A stretch of 64,000 nt of DNA, from assembly GCA_963667035.1 (NCBI GenBank), contig OY762964.1:2624001-2688000 (forward strand). The letters run 5' to 3'. The notes beneath the pieces were generated by a model that saw nothing but the letters and a program-made list of their open reading frames with translations, ran no database searches and was not told where the DNA came from. The first letter of the stretch is position 1. Each line of letters opens with the position of its first letter. Source of the DNA: Candidatus Cloacimonadales bacterium (GTDB lineage: Bacteria > Cloacimonadota > Cloacimonadia > Cloacimonadales > JAFGVF01). The position numbers and the translations under genes were made by a program. Positions 28,327 through 38,691 of the stretch are shown in pieces.

Positions 28327-28699
28327 TTGGTGGACGAGTAGAAGGATGCAAAATAGATTGTGAGGAATATTCTGAAGTGAGCATTTAAGCGAAAAATAGT
28401 TAAAGAAATACTACATAGCGGATTATGAAGTTTAGTCAGTGAATAATCTTAGAAATTAAGATGGGATAAATAAAGATATGGTTAAATATTATCCGATAAG
28501 TATACAGCAATTACTTACATAATGGCATAAAAAGCAATTAAATATGCCTTTCAAGCTAGATTTCAACCCCAACAATTCTCTTGACATCAATGCTAAGCAG
28601 AAGTAATTAGAATAAACTCAGGGGTGAGTGTGATGGTATTTCTTGTGATAAGCAGAAAACAGATATCAGTCACAGCATTATATTGCATATAGGAGAAAC

Positions 28700-30148
28700 A
28701 TGAGAATAAAGATTAAAGAGGATAACGTACTGATATTCATACAGATGCTCATCATGATAGTAGCGGCTATTTTTTTCTCCTATAAAACAAGCCCAATTAT
28801 TAATAAATTCTTTTTTGCAATTTGTACAGCTCTATTTTTGTTCACTAAAAAGAATAACTATTTCTGGATATTCTTCACATTGCTGTTATTGGATCAATTC
28901 GGAGGCTTTTTCAGACAGGGTTATTATGAGTCTGATTTCGGTATACCAAGATTTAGACTGATAAGTGGATTTACTTTTGATTATTACGATATTTTTATAA
29001 TTATCTGTTTTGTAAAGGCCCAGACTTGGAGACATCTTAACATCGCTAAGTTTATCGGTTCCATAAAAGTGCTAATTTTCTATTTTATAATGCTGTATGT
29101 CCTGTCTGTCTCGATTGGAATGTCCTTAGATAAACATACAACAATGATGAGAATTATCTTCTTCTTTAGTAGTTTCTTATCATTCCAAGTGCTGATGGAT
29201 GAAAAGCAATTAGAAAAATTAGTAGCATTGGCACATAACTTTATGCCTATTGTATTGTTATTGCAGATATTTACTCTTGTGATGGGTAAATCGCCTTACA
29301 ATATGGTGATGGGTAGTGATCATGTTTTTGATTGGGATAATGCCGGTTTAGGCGGATATAGAGTTATCTATTCCGGTTTCTTAAATCTATTTAGTTATAT
29401 CACTTCGATATTTTTGTATAGATTGAAAGATAAAAACTTTAGTCAGGATAAGTTACTTTTAGTAATGTTAACTTGCTATATGTCAATACTTTTAACAGCT
29501 ACAAGAGGTTGGATTATATCCTATTCTTTCCTAATGCTCTATTTCTTCTTCTCAGAGTTGAGATTAAGATCCTCAAATAAACTTAGATATCTGCTTGTTG
29601 TTCCTATTTTCTTTATTATCTTACTGCAAATGTTCCCAATTCTTCAAACTCAGATAGAGTTGTCATTTAACAGGTTTCTCACAATTAGAGACATTGCAGG
29701 GGGTGATTTAACAGCCGGAGGAACTCTAAGTAGATTAACTGATAGAAGTGCTCCTGTTATGGATAAGTTCATGGAAAGTCCGATAATCGGATTTGGTTTC
29801 TCTAATCAGTATTTCGATAATGCTGACCAACATGTAGGGAATCAATCTCTACTTTTAAATGTGGGTGTAGTAGGATTCATCTTCTTCATAATGCTGATTT
29901 TAGAGATTTTATATATATTGAGTAAAACTCAGAGAAGATACTACTATGAACCTGATAAGAGGTCTGCCTTAAATGCCCTAAAGGTTAGTATAGTCTCTAT
30001 TTTGTTAATTCATTCAAGTTCAACTCAATTGTTGGGTTTTCATGTATTGCAGCATCAAAAGAAATTTATATTAATTACAGCAATAATAGTAGCTTTAATA
30101 CTGAAGAAATTCAGAATAAATCAAAAACAACAACAAATAAATATTTAG
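28700..30148 (+). CDS. O-antigen polymerase/ligase (Wzy/WaaL-like) membrane protein
   Basis: Many TM helices; LTATRGW, SPIIGFGF and HVG..SLLLNVGVVG motifs of O-antigen ligase-like family; first gene of polysaccharide locus. Confidence 0.8.
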   Translation: MRIKIKEDNVLIFIQMLIMIVAAIFFSYKTSPIINKFFFAICTALFLFTKKNNYFWIFFTLLLLDQFGGFFRQGYYESDFGIPRFRLISGFTFDYYDIFIIICFVKAQTWRHLNIAKFIGSIKVLIFYFIMLYVLSVSIGMSLDKHTTMMRIIFFFSSFLSFQVLMDEKQLEKLVALAHNFMPIVLLLQIFTLVMGKSPYNMVMGSDHVFDWDNAGLGGYRVIYSGFLNLFSYITSIFLYRLKDKNFSQDKLLLVMLTCYMSILLTATRGWIISYSFLMLYFFFSELRLRSSNKLRYLLVVPIFFIILLQMFPILQTQIELSFNRFLTIRDIAGGDLTAGGTLSRLTDRSAPVMDKFMESPIIGFGFSNQYFDNADQHVGNQSLLLNVGVVGFIFFIMLILEILYILSKTQRRYYYEPDKRSALNALKVSIVSILLIHSSSTQLLGFHVLQHQKKFILITAIIVALILKKFRINQKQQQINI

Positions 30149-30157
30149 GATAAGACG

Positions 30158-31306
30158 ATGAAGAAAGCAATAATTACGGGTGTTACAGGTCAAGATGGAG
30201 CGTATTTATCAGAGTTACTACTAAGCAAGGGATATATAGTCCATGGATTAAAGCGTAGAGCATCTCTGTTTAATACACAAAGAATTGATCATCTTTTCAA
30301 GGTAAATCGAGAAGAGCAGAATAAGTTTATGTATTATTATTGTGATCTTACTGACTCAACAAATCTGATACGTTTAATCCAGGAAATTCAACCTGATGAA
30401 ATATACAATCTTGCAGCTATGTCTCACGTAAAAGTGTCTTTTGATACTCCTGAATATACTGCAAATGCTGATGGAATTGGAACATTAAGAATATTGGAAG
30501 CTGTTAGAATTCTTGGTTTGGAAAACAAAACAAGAATATATCAGGCTTCGACCAGTGAGCTTTTTGGTAAAGTTCAAGAAATACCACAAAAAGAAACAAC
30601 TCCTTTCTACCCTCGTTCTCCCTACGGTTGTGCCAAGATGTATGCTTACTGGATTACCGTTAATTATAGAGAAGCTTATAATATGTATGCTTGTAATGGT
30701 ATTCTATTTAATCACGAATCACCCTTAAGAGGTGAGACCTTTGTTACCAGAAAGATAACAAGAGCCGTTGCAAATATCGCTTTGGGTATTCAACATAAAC
30801 TCTACCTAGGTAACTTAAATGCAAAACGTGATTGGGGTCATGCCAAAGACTATGTTGAAGCGATGTATTTAATGCTTCAGCAAGATACACCTGAAGATTT
30901 CGTGATTTCAACCGGGGTTACAACTCCCGTACGTGATTTTGTTAAAATGGCTTTTGCCAGAATAGGGGTAAATCTACGTTTCAAAGGCGAAGGATTGGAG
31001 GAAGTTGGTATTATTGATACGATTGATAACGATATATTCTTCTCTAAGGTTGGAATTAGCCCCGATAGTCTGTCAATCGGGCAAACAATCGTTGAAGTTG
31101 AACCATATTATTTCAGACCTACTGAAGTGGAATTGCTTATAGGAGATTCAACCAAAGCAAGAGAAAAACTCGGTTGGAAACCTAAATATGACTTGGAAAG
31201 CTTAGTAAATGAAATGGTTGATCATGATATGAGGCTGATAAAACAAGATACTTATTTGAAGAAAGGTGGATTCCACATTTCTCCTCAGATGGAGGATATT
31301 TTTTAA
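30158..31306 (+). CDS. gmd: GDP-mannose 4,6-dehydratase
   Basis: [67 protein letters not shown]. Confidence 0.97.
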   Translation: MKKAIITGVTGQDGAYLSELLLSKGYIVHGLKRRASLFNTQRIDHLFKVNREEQNKFMYYYCDLTDSTNLIRLIQEIQPDEIYNLAAMSHVKVSFDTPEYTANADGIGTLRILEAVRILGLENKTRIYQASTSELFGKVQEIPQKETTPFYPRSPYGCAKMYAYWITVNYREAYNMYACNGILFNHESPLRGETFVTRKITRAVANIALGIQHKLYLGNLNAKRDWGHAKDYVEAMYLMLQQDTPEDFVISTGVTTPVRDFVKMAFARIGVNLRFKGEGLEEVGIIDTIDNDIFFSKVGISPDSLSIGQTIVEVEPYYFRPTEVELLIGDSTKAREKLGWKPKYDLESLVNEMVDHDMRLIKQDTYLKKGGFHISPQMEDIF

Positions 31307-31346
31307 GCAATATGTACCCATTATTGAGTTCTAAACGGAGGAAGTA

Positions 31347-31871
31347 ATGTCATTTGATGCAAAAGTCATTAATTCAAAGGTGTTTAAAGAAGTAAAAATA
31401 TTTGAGCCGTCAGTTGGAAGAGACTCAAGAGGAACTATTTTTACAACTTACGACCATAAGATATACGATAAATATATACCTGAAAACTTATCTTTTGTTC
31501 ATGATAAGTTCTCAGAATCTAAGCAGAATGTGCTTAGGGGATTACATGGAGATGCCAAATCTTGGAAACTTGTGTCATGTATTCATGGAGAAATATTTCA
31601 GGTTATAGTTGATATGCGGCCGGACTCTCCAACTTATCTGCAATGGGAGTCGTGGATAGTTAATGATGTTAATAAGCATCAAATTCTCATACCACAAGGT
31701 TTTCTGAATGGGTATTACGTCATGAGTGAGAAAGTTGTTTATCATTATAAATATGCTTATGCAGGAGAATATTTGGATGTAAAAGACCAGATGGTTGTGA
31801 AGTGGGATGACGAAAGAATAAATATAAAATGGCCTTGTCAGAACCCGATTCTGAGTGGAAGGGATAAATAG
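31347..31871 (+). CDS. RmlC-family NDP-4-keto-6-deoxysugar 3,5-epimerase
   Basis: DSRG, S..NVLRGLHG, KLVSC..GEIF..VDMRPDSPT, WDD..INIKWP..PILSGRD. Confidence 0.88.
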   Translation: MSFDAKVINSKVFKEVKIFEPSVGRDSRGTIFTTYDHKIYDKYIPENLSFVHDKFSESKQNVLRGLHGDAKSWKLVSCIHGEIFQVIVDMRPDSPTYLQWESWIVNDVNKHQILIPQGFLNGYYVMSEKVVYHYKYAYAGEYLDVKDQMVVKWDDERINIKWPCQNPILSGRDK

Positions 31872-31879
31872 GAGTTGTT

Positions 31880-33061
31880 ATGAAAAGAGACAAACAAATA
31901 GGTGTTGGTGGAATTGCCTTAGATAAAGAAGAAAAGAGATATTTGAACGAAGTAATCGAGAGCAATAGATTGTCCTATGGTCCAATGACTAAGAAGTTTG
32001 AACAAATCTTCTCAAATGAACATGATTGTAAATATGGTGTTTTTTGCAATAGCGGGACTTCAGCTCTTCATATAGCTTTAGCTGCTCTTAAAGAAAAATA
32101 CGGATGGAGTGACGGAGATGAAGTGATTGTACCGGCCACTACCTTTATAGCTACTTCAAATATAGTTATCCACAACAATATGGTACCTGTTTTTGTTGAT
32201 GTTGATAGTAGAACATATAACATAAATCCAAGCTTAATTGAAGAAAAAATTACAGATAAAACCAAAGCAATGATTCCGGTTCATCTGTTTGGTATGCCGG
32301 CAGATATGGACCCGATAATGGAAATTGCTGAAAAATACAATTTGAAAATCATTGAAGATTCATGCGAAACAATGTTTGCCAGATACAAAGGTAAAAGAGT
32401 TGGCTCGTTTGGTGAGATTGCTTGTTTCTCTACCTATATTGCTCATTTCTTAGTTACAGGCATTGGCGGTCTTTGCACAACAAATGACCCTGACGATTTC
32501 ATAATGCTGAGAAGTTTGATGAATCACGGTCGAGATTCAATCTATCTGTCCATAGATGATGACCGTAATATTACAAAAGAGAAGTTACACGAAACCATAG
32601 ATAAAAGATTTAAATTTGTACGTTTAGGACATAGCTTCAGGGCAACAGAGCTAGAAGCTGCAATCGGTTTGGGGCAATTTGAGAAACGAGAATCGATTAT
32701 TGCGAGAAGAAGAGAGATTGCGAGGAAGTTTATTCAGGGACTAAATGATTTGAGTGATTATATTCAGTTACCTTTTATACCAGAGAATGTTGAACACAAC
32801 TTCATGATGTTCCCAATTGTCGTCAGAAAGGAATCAAAAACAGAGTTAATCAGATTCTTAGAAGATAATAATATTGAAACCAGAGATATGGTACCGCTAC
32901 TTGATCAACCTGTATATGAAGAGATATTCAATATAAAAAGTAGTGATTATCCTGTTTCAGATTGGATATTGAAATCTGGTTTCTATATTGGTTCTCATCA
33001 GTTTATATCAGATGAAGAGATTGATTATGTGATAGAAAAATTCCATGAGTTTTATAATTAA
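31880..33061 (+). CDS. DegT-fold PLP/PMP enzyme with His in place of catalytic Lys (ColD/RfbH-like 3-dehydratase)
   Basis: NSGTSAL, VHLFG, IEDSCE, FSTYIAHFLVTGIGG (His at the Schiff-base Lys position); no Cys cluster after HGRD. Confidence 0.7.
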   Translation: MKRDKQIGVGGIALDKEEKRYLNEVIESNRLSYGPMTKKFEQIFSNEHDCKYGVFCNSGTSALHIALAALKEKYGWSDGDEVIVPATTFIATSNIVIHNNMVPVFVDVDSRTYNINPSLIEEKITDKTKAMIPVHLFGMPADMDPIMEIAEKYNLKIIEDSCETMFARYKGKRVGSFGEIACFSTYIAHFLVTGIGGLCTTNDPDDFIMLRSLMNHGRDSIYLSIDDDRNITKEKLHETIDKRFKFVRLGHSFRATELEAAIGLGQFEKRESIIARRREIARKFIQGLNDLSDYIQLPFIPENVEHNFMMFPIVVRKESKTELIRFLEDNNIETRDMVPLLDQPVYEEIFNIKSSDYPVSDWILKSGFYIGSHQFISDEEIDYVIEKFHEFYN

Positions 33062-33085
33062 AGAAGTGATAAATTTGGAGGAGAA

Positions 33086-34261
33086 ATGAAAGACAATAAG
33101 GATTTAGCTATTAATGGTGGCAAACCTGTATCAGAGAAATTTATTGTGATACATAAGCCATATATGATTGAAGAAGATTTTAATGCAGTTGATACCGTAA
33201 CAAGATCAACTTTCATCTCGGGTGATGGACCGGATTGCAGAAACTTTGAGAAAAAGATAGCTGAATATCTTGGAGTTAAACATGCCTTCTTCATGGTTTC
33301 TTGTACTGCAGCACTAGATTTGGCTCTTAGAGTTAAAGATTTTCCTGAAGGAAGTGAGGTAATTGTACCTAACTTTACATATACTTCTACTGCTTTAGCT
33401 CCTTTATTAAACAACTTAAAGCTTGTATTGGCTGATGTTGATCCCCAAACAGGTACAATAGATACAGATAAATTAGAATCATATATTACCGATAAAACTG
33501 TTGCTATCATGCCAGTAGATTATGCAGGTGTTCCTGCAGACTTAGATCCTGTGCTAGAGCTTGCAAAGAAATACAATTTGTTTACTGTTCATGACACTGC
33601 CCAATCCTTTGGTTCTGAATACAAAGGTGTTAAAACAGGTAATCAAGCGGATGTCTCAACATTCAGTTTCCACGCTACTAAGAATCTGGTAACCGGTGAA
33701 GGTGGAGCTTTAGTTACTAATGATGATGAAATAGCCGAGCGTATTAAACTTATGAGAGAAAAAGGAACTGATAAATATTCTTATCTTACTAACGCTACTA
33801 AGCTTGGATACTATGAATATGTTGATATTGGAAATTCATACGTAGCCTCCAATATTCTTGGAGCTCTTGGTGTTACTCAGATAAAGAAAATAGACTGGAT
33901 GAATAGTGAAAGAGATAAAATAGCTCAGTATTACATTAAAGAATTATCAGGAGTAAAAGGAATATCTATGCCGGTAATTCCTGAATATGCTAAAACAAAC
34001 TGGCACGTATTTTACATAAAACTTGAGACTTGTGATGTAAAATGGGCTATGGAAGCTTTGAAAGCAGAAGGTATTCATACAAATGTACACTTCTCCCCAT
34101 TACATCTCAACAAGTTCTATAAGAAATACGGAACTGATAAAGACTTCCCAGGGTCTGTAGACTTCTTTAAAGGATTGCTCAGACTTCCTATCTATCCTTC
34201 ATTAACAAAACAAGAGCAAGAATTAGTAGTGAAGGCAGTTAAAAAAGTTTTTGGTGCATAA
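33086..34261 (+). CDS. DegT/DnrJ NDP-4-keto-sugar aminotransferase (WecE/RffA-like)
   Basis: SCTAAL, VDYAGV, HDTAQS, FSFHATKNLVTGEGGAL, REKGT. Confidence 0.9.
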   Translation: MKDNKDLAINGGKPVSEKFIVIHKPYMIEEDFNAVDTVTRSTFISGDGPDCRNFEKKIAEYLGVKHAFFMVSCTAALDLALRVKDFPEGSEVIVPNFTYTSTALAPLLNNLKLVLADVDPQTGTIDTDKLESYITDKTVAIMPVDYAGVPADLDPVLELAKKYNLFTVHDTAQSFGSEYKGVKTGNQADVSTFSFHATKNLVTGEGGALVTNDDEIAERIKLMREKGTDKYSYLTNATKLGYYEYVDIGNSYVASNILGALGVTQIKKIDWMNSERDKIAQYYIKELSGVKGISMPVIPEYAKTNWHVFYIKLETCDVKWAMEALKAEGIHTNVHFSPLHLNKFYKKYGTDKDFPGSVDFFKGLLRLPIYPSLTKQEQELVVKAVKKVFGA

Positions 34262-35448
34262 TGAAGAAATCTGTACTCGTATTTGGAGCCGGATTAAATC
34301 AATTGCACTTGATTCAGGCTGTAAATAAATGCGGTTATAATTCAATTGCAATAGACCCGGATCCCAATGCTATAGCTAAAAATGAAGCGACAAATTTTGT
34401 TGTTGTTGCTCCTAAAGATTATGAGAAAACTAAAGAAGTAGCAGAGAAATATAATGTTGATGGTATTGTTACTGCTCAAATGGAAAATCCTCTTATCTTG
34501 ATGGCAAGGCTTGCTAAAGAGATGGGATACATTTTCCCATCACAGGAAGCAATTGAATGTTCTAGAAATAAGTTCTTAATGAAACAAAAGTTCATTGAAC
34601 ACGGTGTACCGTGTGCAAAGGGATTTATCTCGCACGATTTAGGTGAAATTGAGAAGATGGATATTACATTTCCTGCGATTTTGAAACCGGCAGATGCACA
34701 TTCAAGTAGGGGTGTTTTCAAAGTAGAAAGTAAGCAGGAACTTAGGAAATATTACAATATTACTTCAGATTGGTCATCAGATAATTCAGTTATTATTGAA
34801 GAATTTATGACAGGTCAGGAATATAGTGTTGAAGTAATTGTATATGATGAAATTGTTACAGTTGTTGCATTTACTGAGAAAACAATTACCGATTATCCAA
34901 TGGCAGTAGAATTAATGCATATTCAGCCTTCGGAGTTATCTCAAGAAGTGAAAGACAAAGCTTGCAAGATAATACAAAAAGCGATAAAAGCATTAGGTAT
35001 AGATAATTCGGGATGTCATGTAGAGATTTTTATAGATAAAGATGATATTCGAATAGTTGAAATTGGAGCCAGATTGGGAGGGGATTTTATCTCTTCATAT
35101 CTTACTCTTGATTCATGTGGTGTGGACATGGACAAAGCTATTGTTGAAGTCTGCCTTGGAATAGAACCGGATTTAGTTCCTAAGTTTGATCGCTATAGTA
35201 TTGTAAAATATATTGTTCTGCCGGAGGGAAAAGTCATTAATAAACTACCTTCAGAAGATGAGTTAAGCTTTGAGTGGCTCAGAATGGTGCACTTCTTTTC
35301 GAAAGTTGGAGATAAGGTTGGAGAGATTACTAATAGTGCTATGCGAACTGGTTTTTATATCCTTTCAGCCACAACAAAAGAAGAACTGTTAGAAAGAATT
35401 GATATTCTTGATAATCAATTAGAATCTCTTATTGAACTTGGAGAATAG
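34261..35448 (+). CDS. ATP-grasp ligase (carbamoyl-phosphate synthase large-chain-like fold)
   Basis: NKFLMK, FPAILKPADAHSSRGV, IEEFMTGQEYSVE, VEIGARLGG. Confidence 0.88.
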   Translation: MKKSVLVFGAGLNQLHLIQAVNKCGYNSIAIDPDPNAIAKNEATNFVVVAPKDYEKTKEVAEKYNVDGIVTAQMENPLILMARLAKEMGYIFPSQEAIECSRNKFLMKQKFIEHGVPCAKGFISHDLGEIEKMDITFPAILKPADAHSSRGVFKVESKQELRKYYNITSDWSSDNSVIIEEFMTGQEYSVEVIVYDEIVTVVAFTEKTITDYPMAVELMHIQPSELSQEVKDKACKIIQKAIKALGIDNSGCHVEIFIDKDDIRIVEIGARLGGDFISSYLTLDSCGVDMDKAIVEVCLGIEPDLVPKFDRYSIVKYIVLPEGKVINKLPSEDELSFEWLRMVHFFSKVGDKVGEITNSAMRTGFYILSATTKEELLERIDILDNQLESLIELGE

Positions 35449-35450
35449 AA

Positions 35451-36506
35451 ATGAGAATATTATGTGTCGATGGAGGATGGGTTGGTAATTTAATGAGTTA
35501 TCTGATGAAAGGGCTTCAAGAAAAGGGTGATACTGTTAAGATGTTCAAATACAAAGAACGAACAAGTATGCTCAAGAAACTTCATCTGAATCAGCTTACA
35601 AGAGTGAAGACTCTGATACATGAAAATTATATTAAAGTTCATAATGATGAGTTCATCAAAACAGCTTTGGAATACAAGCCAGAATTGATATTTATTTACA
35701 ATGAATCAAAAATATTACCTACTTCAATTATAAAAATAAAGCAGGAATTAGGGTGTAAGTTTGCATGTTATCTTGCAGATAATCCTTTTTCATCAGCGAG
35801 TGCAAAGAATCTTTCTTATAGCTTACCTCGCTTTGACATAATATTCTATGGAGATAGGATTTGGAAACAGAATATTCAAAATGTAGCCCCGGACTCAAAA
35901 CTTTTCTTTTCAGTAGATGGTTATGACAAAGATTTGTTTTATCCTATAGATCAATCAACAATTACAGATGAAGATATTAGAAAATACAGTTGTGATATAT
36001 CTTTTACCGGATCAGGGTATGGTGGTCGAGCAGAAGGAGCTTATAGGTCCGGGATTATCAGGCATCTCAAAGAGTATAATATAAAAATATATGGAAATGG
36101 AGGGTGGGATAAGATCGCAAGATACTTTCCGGAGATAAATGACTTCTTCAGCGGTGATCGGTTAAATTTTGAGGATTTGAAGAAGCTTTATACCCTTTCT
36201 AAAATTAATCTTAATATTCCTAATCCTCAGGTCTTCACAGCTTTCCAATCAAGGATTTTTGAATTGGCTGCTTGTAAAGCCTTTCAGATTATTGATTACA
36301 GACCTGAGTTATCAAACTATTTCTCTGATGATGAGATGGTAACTTTCAAGAATATTGATGAATTGAAAGAGAAAGTTAATCACTATCTAAGTCATGAAGA
36401 TGAAAGGAAGAAAATAGTTGAGAAACTTCATAATAAAGTTGTAGATTTATTCTCTTGGACTGATAGGGCTGAATGGATTCAGAAGGTGATTTATGAGAAT
36501 TGTTAG
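35451..36506 (+). CDS. CgeB-like glycosyltransferase
   Basis: DISFTGS..R, IYGNGGW, SKINLN, RIFELAACKAFQI, W..RA C-terminal motifs. Confidence 0.8.
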   Translation: MRILCVDGGWVGNLMSYLMKGLQEKGDTVKMFKYKERTSMLKKLHLNQLTRVKTLIHENYIKVHNDEFIKTALEYKPELIFIYNESKILPTSIIKIKQELGCKFACYLADNPFSSASAKNLSYSLPRFDIIFYGDRIWKQNIQNVAPDSKLFFSVDGYDKDLFYPIDQSTITDEDIRKYSCDISFTGSGYGGRAEGAYRSGIIRHLKEYNIKIYGNGGWDKIARYFPEINDFFSGDRLNFEDLKKLYTLSKINLNIPNPQVFTAFQSRIFELAACKAFQIIDYRPELSNYFSDDEMVTFKNIDELKEKVNHYLSHEDERKKIVEKLHNKVVDLFSWTDRAEWIQKVIYENC

Positions 36507-37152
36507 GGTGCTAAAAGAAGTCATCATTTCTCTAAGAAAACTTTATAAATTGGAAGTCATAAGAGATAATAATAAAACCTCTCGTATTGGTTCTGATTTG
36601 AGAATTCACAGTAGTGTTGTAATTGGTAAGAATTGCAAGATAGGTGATAATGTTAGACTTGGAAAGGGTGTGGTATTAAAAAATTACTCTGTTATTGGTT
36701 CAAATGTCTCTTTAGAGAACATAACTGTAGGAGAAAACTCAAGAATAGAAAGTAGAGTTGTTGCTGTCGGAAAAGGAACAGGAAGAATTACGATAGGAAC
36801 AGATTGTTATATTGGAATAGGTTGTATGCTCGATTTCAGTGACAGCATCAATATTGGAAATTTTGTGCACTTTGCCGCCTCCACAGGAGTATGGACACAT
36901 AGCTCTTATAAGATGGTACTGGCAGGACAAAGTGTTGATGAGGAAAACTCTTCATTAAGAGAAACATCTCCTGTAGAGATTGGCTCAAATGTTTATGTAG
37001 GTGCAAATTGTGTTATTTATCCGGGAGTTACCATTAAAGACTATTCAGTGATAGCACCTTGTAGTGCTGTAGCAAAAGATATTGATTCTAGAGAAATGGT
37101 AGGCGGAGTTCCGGCTAAATTCATTAAAAGGATATCAGAAATTGATCGCTAA
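36493..37152 (+). CDS. Hexapeptide-repeat (LbH) acyltransferase
   Basis: Hexapeptide repeats (IGKNCKIGDNV, IGSNVYVGANCVIYPGVTI) and GGVPAKFIK. Confidence 0.9.
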   Translation: MRIVRVLKEVIISLRKLYKLEVIRDNNKTSRIGSDLRIHSSVVIGKNCKIGDNVRLGKGVVLKNYSVIGSNVSLENITVGENSRIESRVVAVGKGTGRITIGTDCYIGIGCMLDFSDSINIGNFVHFAASTGVWTHSSYKMVLAGQSVDEENSSLRETSPVEIGSNVYVGANCVIYPGVTIKDYSVIAPCSAVAKDIDSREMVGGVPAKFIKRISEIDR

Positions 37153-38674
37153 GAAGTTAACTTTTTCAATTGTAATGAAATTCTTACAACAGGGAATAGG
37201 TTATATTTCCCTATTTTTTGTTTCTAGATTAATGGGTCCGGAAGCTCTTGGAATTGTAGCCTTTGGTCTTTCCTATGTAGCTATGTTTGGAGCTTTTGGT
37301 ATTCCCGGTATAGGGGCAGCCCATTTGAAAAGAGTTTCTGAAGGAAATGACTTTGCCACTTGCAATGGCGTATATTTTACTTTAAAGACCTTGTCTGTTA
37401 TGCTGGTTGGTTTGTTGATTATTGGTTCAATATTTTACTCGAAATATATTAAAGGTGAGGCTTTTATAAGCCCGATACATGAGAAAGTAGTATATGTTTC
37501 ACTAATAGTCTATTTAGTAGATCAATTCTCTCTTATGTTCATTAACACTTTTACGGCAAGAAAAGAAGTAGCTAAAATAGATATAGGAAGAGTTCTCGGT
37601 AAATCTATAGCTGTTATCTGGAAAGTGATTGTTGCATTTACCGGTTTAGGTATAGTTTATTTAGCTGTTGGAAATCTCTTGAACAGTATTGTTATTCTAC
37701 TATTTTGTCTATACTTCTTTAGGAATTATCCGGTTGCTAAACCAAATAAAAAACTTTTTGTAAGCTACCTAAAATTCGCATTAGCAATAATGTTTATAAG
37801 TTTTTTAGAGACTTATCTAAGAAATTTAGATAAGGTTATGATACAATTCTTTGCCAATTCTACTCATGTTGGATATTATACGGGAGCCAAAAGTATTTCT
37901 TTATTGTTGTCATCCATTACAGTTGCTACAATAGGCTTGTTGTATCCGACAATCTCGTACTATTGCTCGAAGAAGAAGTTCGAAGAAGTGAAGATATTAT
38001 CTTTGAAAGCTGAAAGATATTTAACAATGGTTGTTTTGCCTATATGTGTACTAATGAGTATTTATGCGAAGCAAATTGTTACAATTATTCTAGGAGCAAA
38101 GTTTGTAGATAATACTCCGGCAATATTGATACCACTTTCCTTTTTAGTGTATACTCAATCAACAGTGATCTCTTTTAAATACCAGATAGTGGGAGTCGAT
38201 AAAATGAGGTTAGCTTTAGTGCTATCGGGTATAATGCTAATACTTAACATTATTTTCAACGTTATCTTTATTCCTTCTGAATGGATGGGAGTTAAGTTGT
38301 TAGGTTGGGGGGCTCAGGGTGCTGCCTATGCAACTCTAATCTCATCAATCCTTGGATCATTAATGTTTAGATACTATTCGTGGAAAATCTCAGGGGTTTT
38401 TGGCAACAAAGTTGTAGTAAAGCATTTCATTGCAGCCCTTCTAATGACAGTGACTTTATTAATATTAAACAGATACATACCGGGTAAATACTTCCTTGAT
38501 ATGATTATTGGCAGTGTTATAGGAACATTGATTTATTTATCAATATTATGGGTATTCAAAGAGATAGATAAAAATGAAGTAAAGTTTTTCCTAGATTTAA
38601 TCAACCCCAAATCATTACATTCTTATGCAAAAGAAGAACTTAAAGAAGGGTACATTGAAAAGTATAAAGACTAG
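37142..38674 (+). CDS. wzx: Wzx polysaccharide flippase
   Basis: SRLMGPEALG, DKVMI...VGYY, LNIIFN..FIP...GAQGAAYATLIS; multiple TM helices. Confidence 0.88.
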   Translation: MIAKKLTFSIVMKFLQQGIGYISLFFVSRLMGPEALGIVAFGLSYVAMFGAFGIPGIGAAHLKRVSEGNDFATCNGVYFTLKTLSVMLVGLLIIGSIFYSKYIKGEAFISPIHEKVVYVSLIVYLVDQFSLMFINTFTARKEVAKIDIGRVLGKSIAVIWKVIVAFTGLGIVYLAVGNLLNSIVILLFCLYFFRNYPVAKPNKKLFVSYLKFALAIMFISFLETYLRNLDKVMIQFFANSTHVGYYTGAKSISLLLSSITVATIGLLYPTISYYCSKKKFEEVKILSLKAERYLTMVVLPICVLMSIYAKQIVTIILGAKFVDNTPAILIPLSFLVYTQSTVISFKYQIVGVDKMRLALVLSGIMLILNIIFNVIFIPSEWMGVKLLGWGAQGAAYATLISSILGSLMFRYYSWKISGVFGNKVVVKHFIAALLMTVTLLILNRYIPGKYFLDMIIGSVIGTLIYLSILWVFKEIDKNEVKFFLDLINPKSLHSYAKEELKEGYIEKYKD

Positions 38675-38691
38675 TACTGGAGCAAATCGTA

